The translations under genes were made by a program, and so were the position numbers. A stretch of DNA of 36,263 bases. Source: Pseudomonadota bacterium. Lineage in GTDB: Bacteria > UBA10199 > 2-02-FULL-44-16 > JBDRGF01. Every line of letters starts with the position of its first letter. Position 1 is the stretch's first letter. Under the pieces are notes generated by a model. It saw only the letters and a list, made by a program, of their open reading frames with translations, was not told where the DNA came from and ran no database searches. This document shows, one piece after another, positions 8,610-19,337 of this stretch. The DNA lies in contig JBDRGF010000125.1 of assembly GCA_043818055.1 (NCBI GenBank), positions 1-36,263 of the forward strand, in the 5' to 3' direction.

Positions 8610-9377
8610 GTGGCTGAAATTATTGCAATTTGTAATCAGAAGGGTGGCGTGGGTAAGACGACGACAGCCATTAATCTGTCCGCCTGTCTGGCAGCTGCCG
8701 AGAAGAGAACCCTGCTGATAGATATCGATGCTCAGGCTAATGCCACGACCGGCCTTGGTATAGACAAGGATAATATACCGAAGACGATCTATGATGTGCT
8801 GATGAATGATTCTGATATTGAATCTGCAATTTTACATACACCACTTGAATATCTTAAGATGATCCCTTCAAGCGGAGATTTGGTCGGTGCAGAGGTTGAA
8901 TTGGTTTCGGTGCTTGCCAGGGAAAAGAGATTAAAAAACAGCCTCGAAAAGATCAATGATGACTTTGACTATATCATTATAGATTGTCCTCCTTCACTCG
9001 GTATAGTCACGTTGAATGCCCTGACGGCCGCAAATTCGGTATTAATTCCAGTTCAATGCGAGTTTTATGCTATGGAAGGGATGGTCAGTCTTCATAAGAC
9101 TATTGAAGTGGTAAGGGATTGCCTTAATCCCGATCTAAAGGTTAAGGGGATCGTGCTTACCATGCACGATAAGAGAAATAATTTATCAGCGCAAGTCATT
9201 GATAATATTAGGGAATATTTCAAAAACAAGGTTTTTCAGGTGATAATTCCCAGAAATGTGAGATTGAGTGAGGCCCCCAGCCATGGAAAACCGATAATTC
9301 TTTATGATGTCAATTCAAAGGGGGCAAGCGCATATCTCACTTTAGCCCAAGAAGTTTTAATGAACTCAACTAGTTGA
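8610..9377 (+). CDS. parA: Chromosome partitioning ATPase ParA/Soj
   Basis: NQKGGVGKTT deviant Walker A, DIDAQAN, DCPPSLG, IPRNVRLSEAPSHG; GTG start. Confidence 0.97.
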   Translation: MAEIIAICNQKGGVGKTTTAINLSACLAAAEKRTLLIDIDAQANATTGLGIDKDNIPKTIYDVLMNDSDIESAILHTPLEYLKMIPSSGDLVGAEVELVSVLAREKRLKNSLEKINDDFDYIIIDCPPSLGIVTLNALTAANSVLIPVQCEFYAMEGMVSLHKTIEVVRDCLNPDLKVKGIVLTMHDKRNNLSAQVIDNIREYFKNKVFQVIIPRNVRLSEAPSHGKPIILYDVNSKGASAYLTLAQEVLMNSTS

Positions 9378-9424
9378 TTTTATTTAATATTTTTAATTGC
9401 GCTTCACGTTACTAAGGAGGTAAG

Positions 9425-10276
9425 ATGCAACAGAGAAAGGCGTTGGGAAAGGGATTGGAATCTCTAATTTCTACTATTCAAAAGCCAAAAGCTGAAAATG
9501 GACTAAATTTTATGAATATCGATCAGATAGTTCCGAGTTCGCTGCAGCCGAGAGAATATTTCGATGAAGAAAAAATAAAGGAGCTCTCTGATTCGATTAA
9601 AGAGAACGGCATCATTCAGCCACTGATAGTTTCGAAGTTGCCGGAAGGTCGCTTTGAGCTGGTCGCCGGGGAGAGAAGGCTTCGAGCAGCAAGAAAAGCG
9701 GGAATGAATGAAGTGCCGGTGATTATAAGAGATTTGGAGCCGCGGAAGCATCTCGAAATTTCAATCATTGAAAATATTCAGAGGGAGGATTTAAATGCGA
9801 TAGAAGAGGCCAAGGCATATCAGGATTTGATGGACAAGTTTGAGATATCGCATGAGGATGTAGCTATAAAGGTTGGTAAATCGAGATCTGCCGTTAGCAA
9901 CTCTTTGAGGTTGTTAAAATTGCCTAAGATTCTGCAGGAGGATGTCATGAGGGGTGACATCTCGGCCGGGCATGCAAGGGCGCTTCTTACAGTGAAAAGC
10001 ATACAAGAGCAGTTGAGCCTTAGAGAGCAGATATTGGAGAAAAGGATAACAGTTCGCGACATCGAATCGATGGCTAAATCGACAACTGAGAATAAAAACA
10101 AGAAAGTTAAAAGTAACCAAAAATTAACAGCACAGCTCACCCAGGTTGTGAATGATTTGAGATTGAGCCTAGGCACTCAGGTAAAAATCTCTCCGAAAGG
10201 AGTGGGTGGTAAAATGACCATAGATTTTTATTCCAAAGAGGATTTAGATAGGATATATAAGCTATTAACAGCATAA
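9425..10276 (+). CDS. parB: Chromosome partitioning protein ParB/Spo0J
   Basis: ALGKGL N-terminus, QPR, GERRLRA arginine patch, ENIQREDL, HTH GKSRSAVSNSLRLL. Confidence 0.97.
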   Translation: MQQRKALGKGLESLISTIQKPKAENGLNFMNIDQIVPSSLQPREYFDEEKIKELSDSIKENGIIQPLIVSKLPEGRFELVAGERRLRAARKAGMNEVPVIIRDLEPRKHLEISIIENIQREDLNAIEEAKAYQDLMDKFEISHEDVAIKVGKSRSAVSNSLRLLKLPKILQEDVMRGDISAGHARALLTVKSIQEQLSLREQILEKRITVRDIESMAKSTTENKNKKVKSNQKLTAQLTQVVNDLRLSLGTQVKISPKGVGGKMTIDFYSKEDLDRIYKLLTA

Positions 10277-10277
10277 T

Positions 10278-10349
10278 AGGTGCGTAAGCGTTAAAGTTAT
10301 GCAATGATAACTTTTACATTTAAACACTTCTACAACTAAACACTTAAGC
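10278..10349. repeat. Degenerate inverted octamer tandem-repeat hairpin, same unit as copy A1
   Basis: aggtgcgt aagcgtta aagttat ... acttttac atttaaac acttctac aactaaac acttaagc. Confidence 0.65.
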
Positions 10350-10360
10350 AAGGGGGTTTT

Positions 10361-10828
10361 ATGGGAAAGAACGGCAAGAGTTATGAAAACATCAACCAGA
10401 TCAACGGACTTTTGGACAAGGGGTGTGAGTTCGAAGGAAAGCTCCTCTTTGAAGGAGTAGTGCAGATCAACGGTGACTACAAGGGTGAGATCACATCCGA
10501 TGGAAAGTTGATCATCGGTAAAGACGCAAATGTAAACGCAAATATCAGCGTCGGCGATCTGATCATCGAAGGACGGGTCGAAGGTTCGCTCTCTTCCAAG
10601 GGGAGAGTTGAGATGCGCTCAAGCGCAGTAGTGCTGGCAGACATCATGGCTGGATCTATCGTAATCGAAGAGGGTGGCGTTTTTCAGGGACATTGCCGCA
10701 TGAGCACAAATCCTGAAGAGATGGAGCTTAGCTCAAAAGCTGCGACAACACCAACAGCCTCTACCTCAGATGATTCAGCGCCATACTATGTTGAACGGGA
10801 AGACGAAGAACCACCAATAACGATGTAA
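10361..10828 (+). CDS. Bactofilin (polymer-forming cytoskeletal protein)
   Basis: Beta-helical repeats GCEFEGKL..F.G...ING...G.I...IEEGGVFQG.C.M; acidic disordered tail. Confidence 0.92.
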   Translation: MGKNGKSYENINQINGLLDKGCEFEGKLLFEGVVQINGDYKGEITSDGKLIIGKDANVNANISVGDLIIEGRVEGSLSSKGRVEMRSSAVVLADIMAGSIVIEEGGVFQGHCRMSTNPEEMELSSKAATTPTASTSDDSAPYYVEREDEEPPITM

Positions 10829-10842
10829 AAGAGATAGATCAA

Positions 10843-10866
10843 GGGCGGTTCGCGAACCGCCCCTAC
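10843..10866 (-). repeat. GTAG-type REP (single)
   Basis: Reverse complement GTAGGGGCGGTTCGCGAACCGCCC: GTAG foot plus a perfect 20-bp palindrome. Confidence 0.8.
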
Positions 10867-10900
10867 ATTGAATGACCAGCGACAGTACTTGTGGGGGTGC

Positions 10901-11341
10901 ATGTTTTCATTTTTATCAACTATTAATTTGGCGCCGAATAATACGTTTTATATCCAGCTCTTAATTTTTCTGGCAGTCTTCATTATACTTCGAAAGTTTA
11001 TTTTTATTCCGTATCTAAAATTAAAACAACTTAGACTCTCAGAATTAAAACGAAGATTGGAGGAGTGCGATAAAGTCGAGGCAGAGGCTGAGATGATTGC
11101 GCATGAGTATAGACACAGGGTGGAGCAGTCCCGGGAAATATCCTCAGCTCTGATCAGGAAGGATAAGGAGGAGGGGGGCAAAGAGGCAGATGAGCTAATA
11201 ATGTCTGCGAACAGATTGTATAGGGAGGAGATGGAGAAGGGGCAGGATCTCTTAAACAACGAAATTATAAATCTAAGAAAAAGATTTGAGATAGAAAGAA
11301 TAATGTTGGGTGAGAGCATAATAGAAAAGGTAGTAGGATGA
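10901..11341 (+). CDS. ATP synthase F0 subunit b' (AtpF-like)
   Basis: PNNTFYIQLLIFL..F...KFIFIPY single TM followed by a coiled coil; position before atpF. ATG at 10901 preferred over TTG at 10868. Confidence 0.8.
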   Translation: MFSFLSTINLAPNNTFYIQLLIFLAVFIILRKFIFIPYLKLKQLRLSELKRRLEECDKVEAEAEMIAHEYRHRVEQSREISSALIRKDKEEGGKEADELIMSANRLYREEMEKGQDLLNNEIINLRKRFEIERIMLGESIIEKVVG

Positions 11342-12408
11342 ATCAATATTGGCATTATATATTTGGATATATCAATTTGATTTTTCTCATGCTTATAATC
11401 TGGAAGGTGACGAGAGAAATGATGAGGGATTATTTTCGGCACCGCTACGAAAATAATAAAACCCAGATGGATGGCGCAAATTTAAAGATGAAAGAAATTT
11501 ATAGGCGCTTGAGACTTTATCAAGCGCAGGTTGCAACACTCGATAAAGAACTTCAGAGTCAACGGAAAATTATGGAGGAGGCCGCGGAGTATGAGAGATG
11601 GGCGGCGATTGAGGGGGGAGAGACTCAGGCAAAATATATTCGTGAGGAGATGAAGAGATATCTGGAGCACGAGAGAAGTTTGCGACTCGCCAAGTTGAAG
11701 CAGGAGTTGATTGAAAAGGCGTTCGAATCATCGGATGAGATGTTGAAAAATCAGATCACAGAGAAGAAAAGAAAGGCATTGATGCAAAAAGCAATCGATG
11801 AGATGAAAGAATTTACAAAATCTCTGGACAAAAAGTCTCTGCTATCTCAGTACGAGCAGGGGGCATTTAAAAAGGGGGCAGGCCGGTGGGGAAAAGCCTA
11901 TTTTGAGATATGCAAAAAGAATAATGAATTGGAGAGCTCTGAGGACGAATTTAAAAAACTAATGGCTATAATCAGCAGCTCCCCTGAGTTGAAAGAATTT
12001 GTGTTGAAAGACCCTATCGATAGAAATGATAGGAAGAAGATTATCAAAAAATTGTTAAAAATGGTAAATGGAAGTCAGATGATGGAGAATTTTTTATATA
12101 TTTTAATTGATAAAGGAAGAATCTCAGATCTGGAGGAAATATCTCATGTGTTTTTTGCACTTGTGATGGATGATAATAAAATTTCTAAAATTCAATGTGA
12201 AGTTGCGGCAAAAGAAGACATTGAGGATAATATAAAAACAATTGAAGAGGCGCTGGAAAAAAAATTGCAGTGCAAAATAGTTTCAGAGGTGAAAGTGAAA
12301 CCGGGTATCATCGCAGGTTTCCGCTTGAGTGTCGGCGACAAGCTTTTTGACGCAAGCATAAAGGGAAAGCTGGATAGGCTGCACACTTCAATGAAGTTGA
12401 GAACGTGA
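11338..12408 (+). CDS. ATP synthase subunit b fused in frame to subunit delta (AtpF-AtpH)
   Basis: N-terminal TM and coiled coil (about 165 aa), then delta motifs (AGRWGKAYFE, NFLYILIDKGR, PGIIAGF..VGDKLFDASIKGKL) with no intervening stop. Confidence 0.85.
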   Translation: MNQYWHYIFGYINLIFLMLIIWKVTREMMRDYFRHRYENNKTQMDGANLKMKEIYRRLRLYQAQVATLDKELQSQRKIMEEAAEYERWAAIEGGETQAKYIREEMKRYLEHERSLRLAKLKQELIEKAFESSDEMLKNQITEKKRKALMQKAIDEMKEFTKSLDKKSLLSQYEQGAFKKGAGRWGKAYFEICKKNNELESSEDEFKKLMAIISSSPELKEFVLKDPIDRNDRKKIIKKLLKMVNGSQMMENFLYILIDKGRISDLEEISHVFFALVMDDNKISKIQCEVAAKEDIEDNIKTIEEALEKKLQCKIVSEVKVKPGIIAGFRLSVGDKLFDASIKGKLDRLHTSMKLRT

Positions 12409-12443
12409 TTGAATAAGGTCAAACTATTCTGGGGGTGTAAAAG

Positions 12444-13946
12444 ATGAATGTAGATGCGAGCGAGCTTAGCTGGATAATAAAGGAACAGATTGAAAAATAT
12501 AGCGAATCGATGCTTTCCGATGAGCAGGGCAGGGTGATGAGCGTTGGAGATGGAATAGCGCTTGTTCACGGCCTGTCGGGAGTGATGTCGGGGGAGCTGG
12601 TGGAATTCAAGGGAGGCATCAAAGGGATAGTTCTCAATCTTGAGGAGGAGTATGTCGGCATCGCAGTTATGGGGGATGACAAGGAGCTCAAGGAGGGCGA
12701 TGAAGTAAAAAGGTGTGGAAATGTTGTAGAGGTGCCTGTCGGAGATAAATTATTGGGAAGGGTTATCAATCCGCTTGGAAATCCGATCGATGGATTAGGT
12801 GGAATGGACACAGATGAAGTTGCATCAATTGAACAACCATCCCCCGGGATAATCGATAGACAGCCTGTATGCGAACCTTTAAGCACGGGCATAAAAATTT
12901 TGGATGCCCTGATTCCCATTGGGAGAGGACAGCGCCAATTGATTATTGGCGACCGTCAGACCGGAAAGACGGCAATCGCAGTCGACACTATTCTCAATCA
13001 GGTTCGAAGCGATGTCATATGCATATATGTTGCGATAGGACAAAAGGCCACTACCGTCGCAAGGGTTGTTGAAAGACTAAGAGCTAATCGCGTGATGGAA
13101 AAGTGCATAGTTGTGAGCGCATCGGCTGCAGATCCGGCCCCTCTTATCTATCTGGCCCCATATGCCGGAGTGACGATGGCGGAATATTTTCGGGATCAGG
13201 GAAAACATGTTTTGATTGTATATGATGATCTTTCAAAACACGCAGTGGCTTATCGACAGATGTCGCTCCTTTTGAGGCGGCCTCCGGGCAGGGAGGCCTA
13301 TCCGGGAGATGTTTTCTATCTCCATTCGAGATTACTGGAACGTGCGGCAAAATTATCAGATGCCTTGGGAGGAGGGTCCCTCACGGCACTGCCTATCATC
13401 GAGACCTTAGCGGGAGATCTCACCGCATATATTCCCACAAATCTGGTTTCGATCACCGATGGACAAATTTATCTCGAGAGCGATCTTTTCAATGCGGGCG
13501 TCAGGCCTGCCGTGAACGTCGGACTCTCTGTTTCAAGGGTAGGATCGGCAGCGCAAAAAAAGGCGATGAAAGAACTGGTGGGAGCCTTGAGATTACATCT
13601 TGCACAATATCGCGAGGTGGCATCTTTCGCACAGTTTGGTGCAGATCTCGACGTCGCGACAAGGAGACAGATAAGAAGAGGAGAGCGTTTAGTCGAGATG
13701 TTAAAACAACCTCAGTATAAAACATTGACACTGGGAGAGGAGCTTTTGGAGATATATGTTGGCACACACGGATACCTCGACAGACATCCGGTTGAAAAGG
13801 TTCGCAGTTACATAGATGGGTTGAAAAATTTCATCACAGGAAGAGAAGCCAAGCTGATAGAGGAACTTTCCGAAGTCAAAAGCATAAAGGACGAGCCGAT
13901 CATTCGTCTCGATTCACATATAAAGGATTATGATAAAGTAGTTTAA
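12444..13946 (+). CDS. atpA: ATP synthase F1 alpha subunit
   Basis: [38 protein letters not shown]. Confidence 0.98.
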   Translation: MNVDASELSWIIKEQIEKYSESMLSDEQGRVMSVGDGIALVHGLSGVMSGELVEFKGGIKGIVLNLEEEYVGIAVMGDDKELKEGDEVKRCGNVVEVPVGDKLLGRVINPLGNPIDGLGGMDTDEVASIEQPSPGIIDRQPVCEPLSTGIKILDALIPIGRGQRQLIIGDRQTGKTAIAVDTILNQVRSDVICIYVAIGQKATTVARVVERLRANRVMEKCIVVSASAADPAPLIYLAPYAGVTMAEYFRDQGKHVLIVYDDLSKHAVAYRQMSLLLRRPPGREAYPGDVFYLHSRLLERAAKLSDALGGGSLTALPIIETLAGDLTAYIPTNLVSITDGQIYLESDLFNAGVRPAVNVGLSVSRVGSAAQKKAMKELVGALRLHLAQYREVASFAQFGADLDVATRRQIRRGERLVEMLKQPQYKTLTLGEELLEIYVGTHGYLDRHPVEKVRSYIDGLKNFITGREAKLIEELSEVKSIKDEPIIRLDSHIKDYDKVV

Positions 13947-13948
13947 AA

Positions 13949-14038
13949 AAGTGTAGAAGTGTTTAAGTGTAGGAGTGTTTAAGTAAAAGAATAATTCTCC
14001 ATAACTTCTACACTCCTACACTTAAACACTCAAACACT
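13949..14038. repeat. Inverted octamer tandem-repeat hairpin element (copy A2, opposite orientation to A1)
   Basis: 4x (a/g)agtgt(ag/tt), core aagtaaaagaataattctccataactt (25/27 identical to the reverse complement of the A1 core), 4x inverse arm. Confidence 0.88.
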
Positions 14039-14044
14039 GATTTT

Positions 14045-14920
14045 ATGGCACAATCACTTAGAGATATAAAAGATAGGATGTCGAGTCTTGAAGGTTCTCA
14101 CAAGATTGTGAAGGCCATGAAGATTATTGCGACCGGGAATTTGCGACCTGCGGAGAGAAGCCTGTTGGCAGCCAAGGATTATGCTATCTCTTTGCATCAC
14201 ATGATAAGAAGTATCTCTGAGCATCTTGGACGCGGCGCTCCACCTCTGATGCGGCGACATGGTGAATTAAAGAATTTTGATGTTGTAGTAATTTCATCCG
14301 ATCAGGGATTGTGTGGAGGCTTCAATGAAAACCTGATGCGCAATGTGCTGGAGGGATACGAAGAGCATGTAAGTCATGGAATCAACATGAAGCTTCTAGT
14401 TGCCGGGAGGAGAGGGATCGGCTATCTGAAACAGCGGGGGATCGACTATATTGAACTTCCGGTCAGACTGAAGGATCCTTCATTTGCAAGGATGGTCTCT
14501 GTGGAAATCGCCCAGCTCATGTGCGAAAGGTTTTTGAGCAGAGAGTGCGATGGGAGCTTTATCGCCTTCAATAGCTACATCAACACGCAAGTGCAAAAAA
14601 CTACGTTCTGGAATCTCTTGCCACTTCATTGGCGAGGCCATGAAAGAAAATACCAGTATTATATATATGAACCAGAAAGAGATGAATTATTGAACAGGAT
14701 ATGCAGACTGGCTTTGGAATATACAATCATGCAGGCAATATTAGAGTCAAATACGGCGGAACAGGCCGCGAGAATAACTGCAATGGATGCGGCTAGTCGT
14801 AATGCCAAGGCTGTGGACGATGAATTGAAATTGATATACAATCGTGCAAGGCAGGAAGCAATTACGTCAGAGCTGATCGATATCATCAACGGATCAAGCG
14901 TTCAACTATCAATTAATTGA
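14045..14920 (+). CDS. atpG: ATP synthase F1 gamma subunit (divergent)
   Basis: KI.KAMK, SSDQGLCGGFN, EQAARITAM, YNRARQEAITSEL; lies between atpA and atpD. Confidence 0.95.
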   Translation: MAQSLRDIKDRMSSLEGSHKIVKAMKIIATGNLRPAERSLLAAKDYAISLHHMIRSISEHLGRGAPPLMRRHGELKNFDVVVISSDQGLCGGFNENLMRNVLEGYEEHVSHGINMKLLVAGRRGIGYLKQRGIDYIELPVRLKDPSFARMVSVEIAQLMCERFLSRECDGSFIAFNSYINTQVQKTTFWNLLPLHWRGHERKYQYYIYEPERDELLNRICRLALEYTIMQAILESNTAEQAARITAMDAASRNAKAVDDELKLIYNRARQEAITSELIDIINGSSVQLSIN

Positions 14921-14926
14921 TAGTTG
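14903..14926. repeat. Perfect 24-bp palindrome over the atpG stop codon
   Basis: caactatcaatt|aattgatagttg. Confidence 0.75.
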
Positions 14927-14963
14927 GATATTGTTAATTGTAAATTGAACTATTGGGGTATGA

Positions 14964-16674
<1,711 letters not shown>

Positions 16675-16790
16675 AGAGATATTTCATCGAAAGTTTATTT
16701 CATTAACCCATTGCATAATTCTATTATTATATGTTATCGGCCTGTCTCTATTAACAATATATAATAACAATATTACTCAGGAGGATATCT

Positions 16791-18872
16791 ATGTGTTTAA
16801 GTTTCTTATGTGAAGTTAGTCTGGTTGGTTGGGCGGTCATCATCGCTGTAGCAGCGCTAGTTTATGCATTTCTTCTCGCATCATGGGTGAAGAGAAGGGA
16901 TCCGGGAAATGACCGGATGAAGGAGGTCGCAGCTGCTATCAAAGAGGGAGCGATGGCCTTTATCAAACGTGAATACAAAATTTTGGCCATCTTCGTCGTT
17001 GTTGTTGCGGCGATCTTTGCTGTCGTAAATCAGGGGGCGGTGAGATTGATAGCGATCGCATTTATCTCAGGTGCTTTTTGCTCAGGCCTTGCAGGCTATC
17101 TGGGCATGAGAGTTGCCACGCGTGCAAATGTGAGAACAGCAAATGGTGCAAGAGAGAGCCTGAACAAAGCCCTCATAATTGCATTCAGAGGCGGAGCTGT
17201 GATGGGACTCTCCGTGGTCGGGCTGGGAATATTAGGACTCGGCGCACTATATATGATCTTTGTTCATATGTTTGGCGGCGATGCTGAGACGCTGAAAACG
17301 ACAATATTGCCGATCTTAGCCGGTTTTTCATTTGGTGCTTCATCCATCGCACTATTCGCTCGTGTTGGCGGAGGTATTTATACGAAGGCGGCAGATGTAG
17401 GCGCTGATCTTGTTGGAAAGGTTGAAGCAGGTATCCCTGAAGATGATCCGAGAAATCCGGCGACCATTGCCGATAACGTAGGTGATAATGTCGGAGATGT
17501 CTGTGGAATGGGGGCGGATCTTTTTGAGTCCTACATAGGATCATTAGTCAGTTCGATGGTTTTGGGAGTGGCAGCTGGGGCAACAGGAGTTACTCTTCCA
17601 TTCGCGTTAGCAGCTGTCGGAATTCTCGTCTCAATTATTGGAACATTTTTTGTCCGAACAAAAGAGGGCGGCAATCCTCAAACAGCGTTGAACCTTGGGA
17701 CTTTTTTAGCCGGAGGACTCTTCGTTATAATCTCATATTTCATGATACACTATCTGGCTCCTGAAGGATTGAATTTTTACGGTAATCAGGTGAGCGCGAT
17801 TTCTTTGTGGTCAGCAGTTGCAATAGGAATGGTTTCAGGTATCGCGGTCGGATTTATCACAGAACATTACTGTGCAAAGCACAAAGGGCCGGTTGAGAGC
17901 ATAGTGAAGGCTTGCAAGACAGGTGCAGCTACAGATCTTATCGCAGGTCTTGCAGTCGGAATGCGCTCAACAGGTTTGCCGCTGGTTGTCATCGCAGTTG
18001 CAATAGTTTTGAGCCATCATTTTGCCGGCCTGTATGGGATAGCCATCGCAGCGCTTGGCATGCTTTCCACCACCGGAATTCAGTTGGCAGTCGATGCATA
18101 TGGTCCGATTGCAGATAACGCAGGTGGTATAACCGAGATGAGCGGACTTGGTGAAGAGGTCAGGAAGAGAACCGATTCTCTCGATTCAGTAGGAAACACG
18201 ACGGCTGCAATCGGCAAAGGATTTGCTATAGGATCGGCAGCTCTGACAGCGCTCTCTCTCTTTGCAGCTTTCAGAGAACAGGCGGGGCTTCAGTCTATCG
18301 ATATAGTAAAGCCTGAAATTATAGCAGGACTTTTTATTGGTGGCATGCTTCCCTTTCTCTTTTCATCGATGGCGATGTCAGCAGTTGGAAAGGCAGCCAA
18401 CAGCATGATAGAAGAGGTGAGGAGACAGTTCAAAGAGATTCCCGGCCTCCTCGAAGGAAAGGCAAAGGCTGATTATGCCCGTTGTGTCGATATTTCCACA
18501 AGCTCTGCTCTCAAACAGATGGTGCTTCCCGGATTGATGGCAATTTTGATGCCGGTGGTAGTCGGGTTTGGTTCGAAGTGGATTTGGGGAAATGCTGGTG
18601 TGTTGGGCGGAATGCTCGCCGGCGTCACCGTGACAGGTGTGTTGCTCGCTATCTTCATGGCAAATGCAGGTGGAGCTTGGGACAACGCAAAGAAACAGAT
18701 CGAGGATGAACCGAGAGGCGAGGGGACGGGCAAAGGAAGTGCACGTCATGCAGCCGCGGTTACAGGGGATACAGTCGGAGATCCGTTCAAAGACACAGCA
18801 GGTCCATCTCTCAATATATTGATAAAACTGATGAGCGTGCTCTCTCTAGTGATAGCACCTTTATTGGTGTGA
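16791..18872 (+). CDS. hppA: Membrane-integral K+-dependent pyrophosphatase, probably Na+-translocating
   Basis: [35 protein letters not shown] (Ala form, K+-dependent), [10 protein letters not shown], many TM helices. Confidence 0.95.
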   Translation: MCLSFLCEVSLVGWAVIIAVAALVYAFLLASWVKRRDPGNDRMKEVAAAIKEGAMAFIKREYKILAIFVVVVAAIFAVVNQGAVRLIAIAFISGAFCSGLAGYLGMRVATRANVRTANGARESLNKALIIAFRGGAVMGLSVVGLGILGLGALYMIFVHMFGGDAETLKTTILPILAGFSFGASSIALFARVGGGIYTKAADVGADLVGKVEAGIPEDDPRNPATIADNVGDNVGDVCGMGADLFESYIGSLVSSMVLGVAAGATGVTLPFALAAVGILVSIIGTFFVRTKEGGNPQTALNLGTFLAGGLFVIISYFMIHYLAPEGLNFYGNQVSAISLWSAVAIGMVSGIAVGFITEHYCAKHKGPVESIVKACKTGAATDLIAGLAVGMRSTGLPLVVIAVAIVLSHHFAGLYGIAIAALGMLSTTGIQLAVDAYGPIADNAGGITEMSGLGEEVRKRTDSLDSVGNTTAAIGKGFAIGSAALTALSLFAAFREQAGLQSIDIVKPEIIAGLFIGGMLPFLFSSMAMSAVGKAANSMIEEVRRQFKEIPGLLEGKAKADYARCVDISTSSALKQMVLPGLMAILMPVVVGFGSKWIWGNAGVLGGMLAGVTVTGVLLAIFMANAGGAWDNAKKQIEDEPRGEGTGKGSARHAAAVTGDTVGDPFKDTAGPSLNILIKLMSVLSLVIAPLLV

Positions 18873-18927
18873 TAATTCAAGAGATAAAAATATTAGTTGG
18901 GTCACTCAGCGATTTGAAAAATACTAG

Positions 18928-19122
18928 CTAGCTTGGATTTCTCACAAGGTTGCGAAAAATCCAGGAAATCCCAAGCTATAAACTCCAATTTAAAAATATT
19001 CAAAACAGACTGTTATATGAATTTGGATGTTGATTTTTAGTTTGAAGTTTGGAATTTGTGATTTATTTGATATTTGGAATTTTAAAGCATTTCTCACTGT
19101 CCTTGTGAGAAATGCTGGCTAG
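18928..19122. mobile_element. MITE-like element with 22-bp terminal inverted repeats starting with CTAG
   Basis: ctagcttggatttctcacaagg (18928-18949) versus the reverse complement of 19101-19122, ctagccagcatttctcacaagg (19/22); internal degenerate inverted short repeats. Confidence 0.6.
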
Positions 19123-19277
19123 GTTAACTCTATGATATGAATCAGTTTTTCGGTCTTTTCCTCTTCTTCCTGGGCATTCTTTTTCTCTTTATTGTTTCGC
19201 TCAGGTGGCAAGGGGAGGCGCAACGATGGGCGTTCCTCTTCCAGTTCTTTTTTTCCTATGGGTTTGAAGAAAACCAT
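19119..19277 (-). CDS. Small charged hypothetical protein, 52 aa (absent from the ORF track)
   Basis: GGAGG 9 nt upstream of ATG; MVFFKPIGKKELEEERPSLRLPLPPERNNKEKKNAQEEEEKTEKLIHIIELT; co-oriented downstream of the Lon-like gene. Confidence 0.55.
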   Translation of the reverse strand: MVFFKPIGKKELEEERPSLRLPLPPERNNKEKKNAQEEEEKTEKLIHIIELT

Positions 19278-19337
19278 GATTCTCTTCCTCCATATATATT
19301 ATCGGCTGAAAAGAATCAAAAGTTGCTAGCTATGGCG

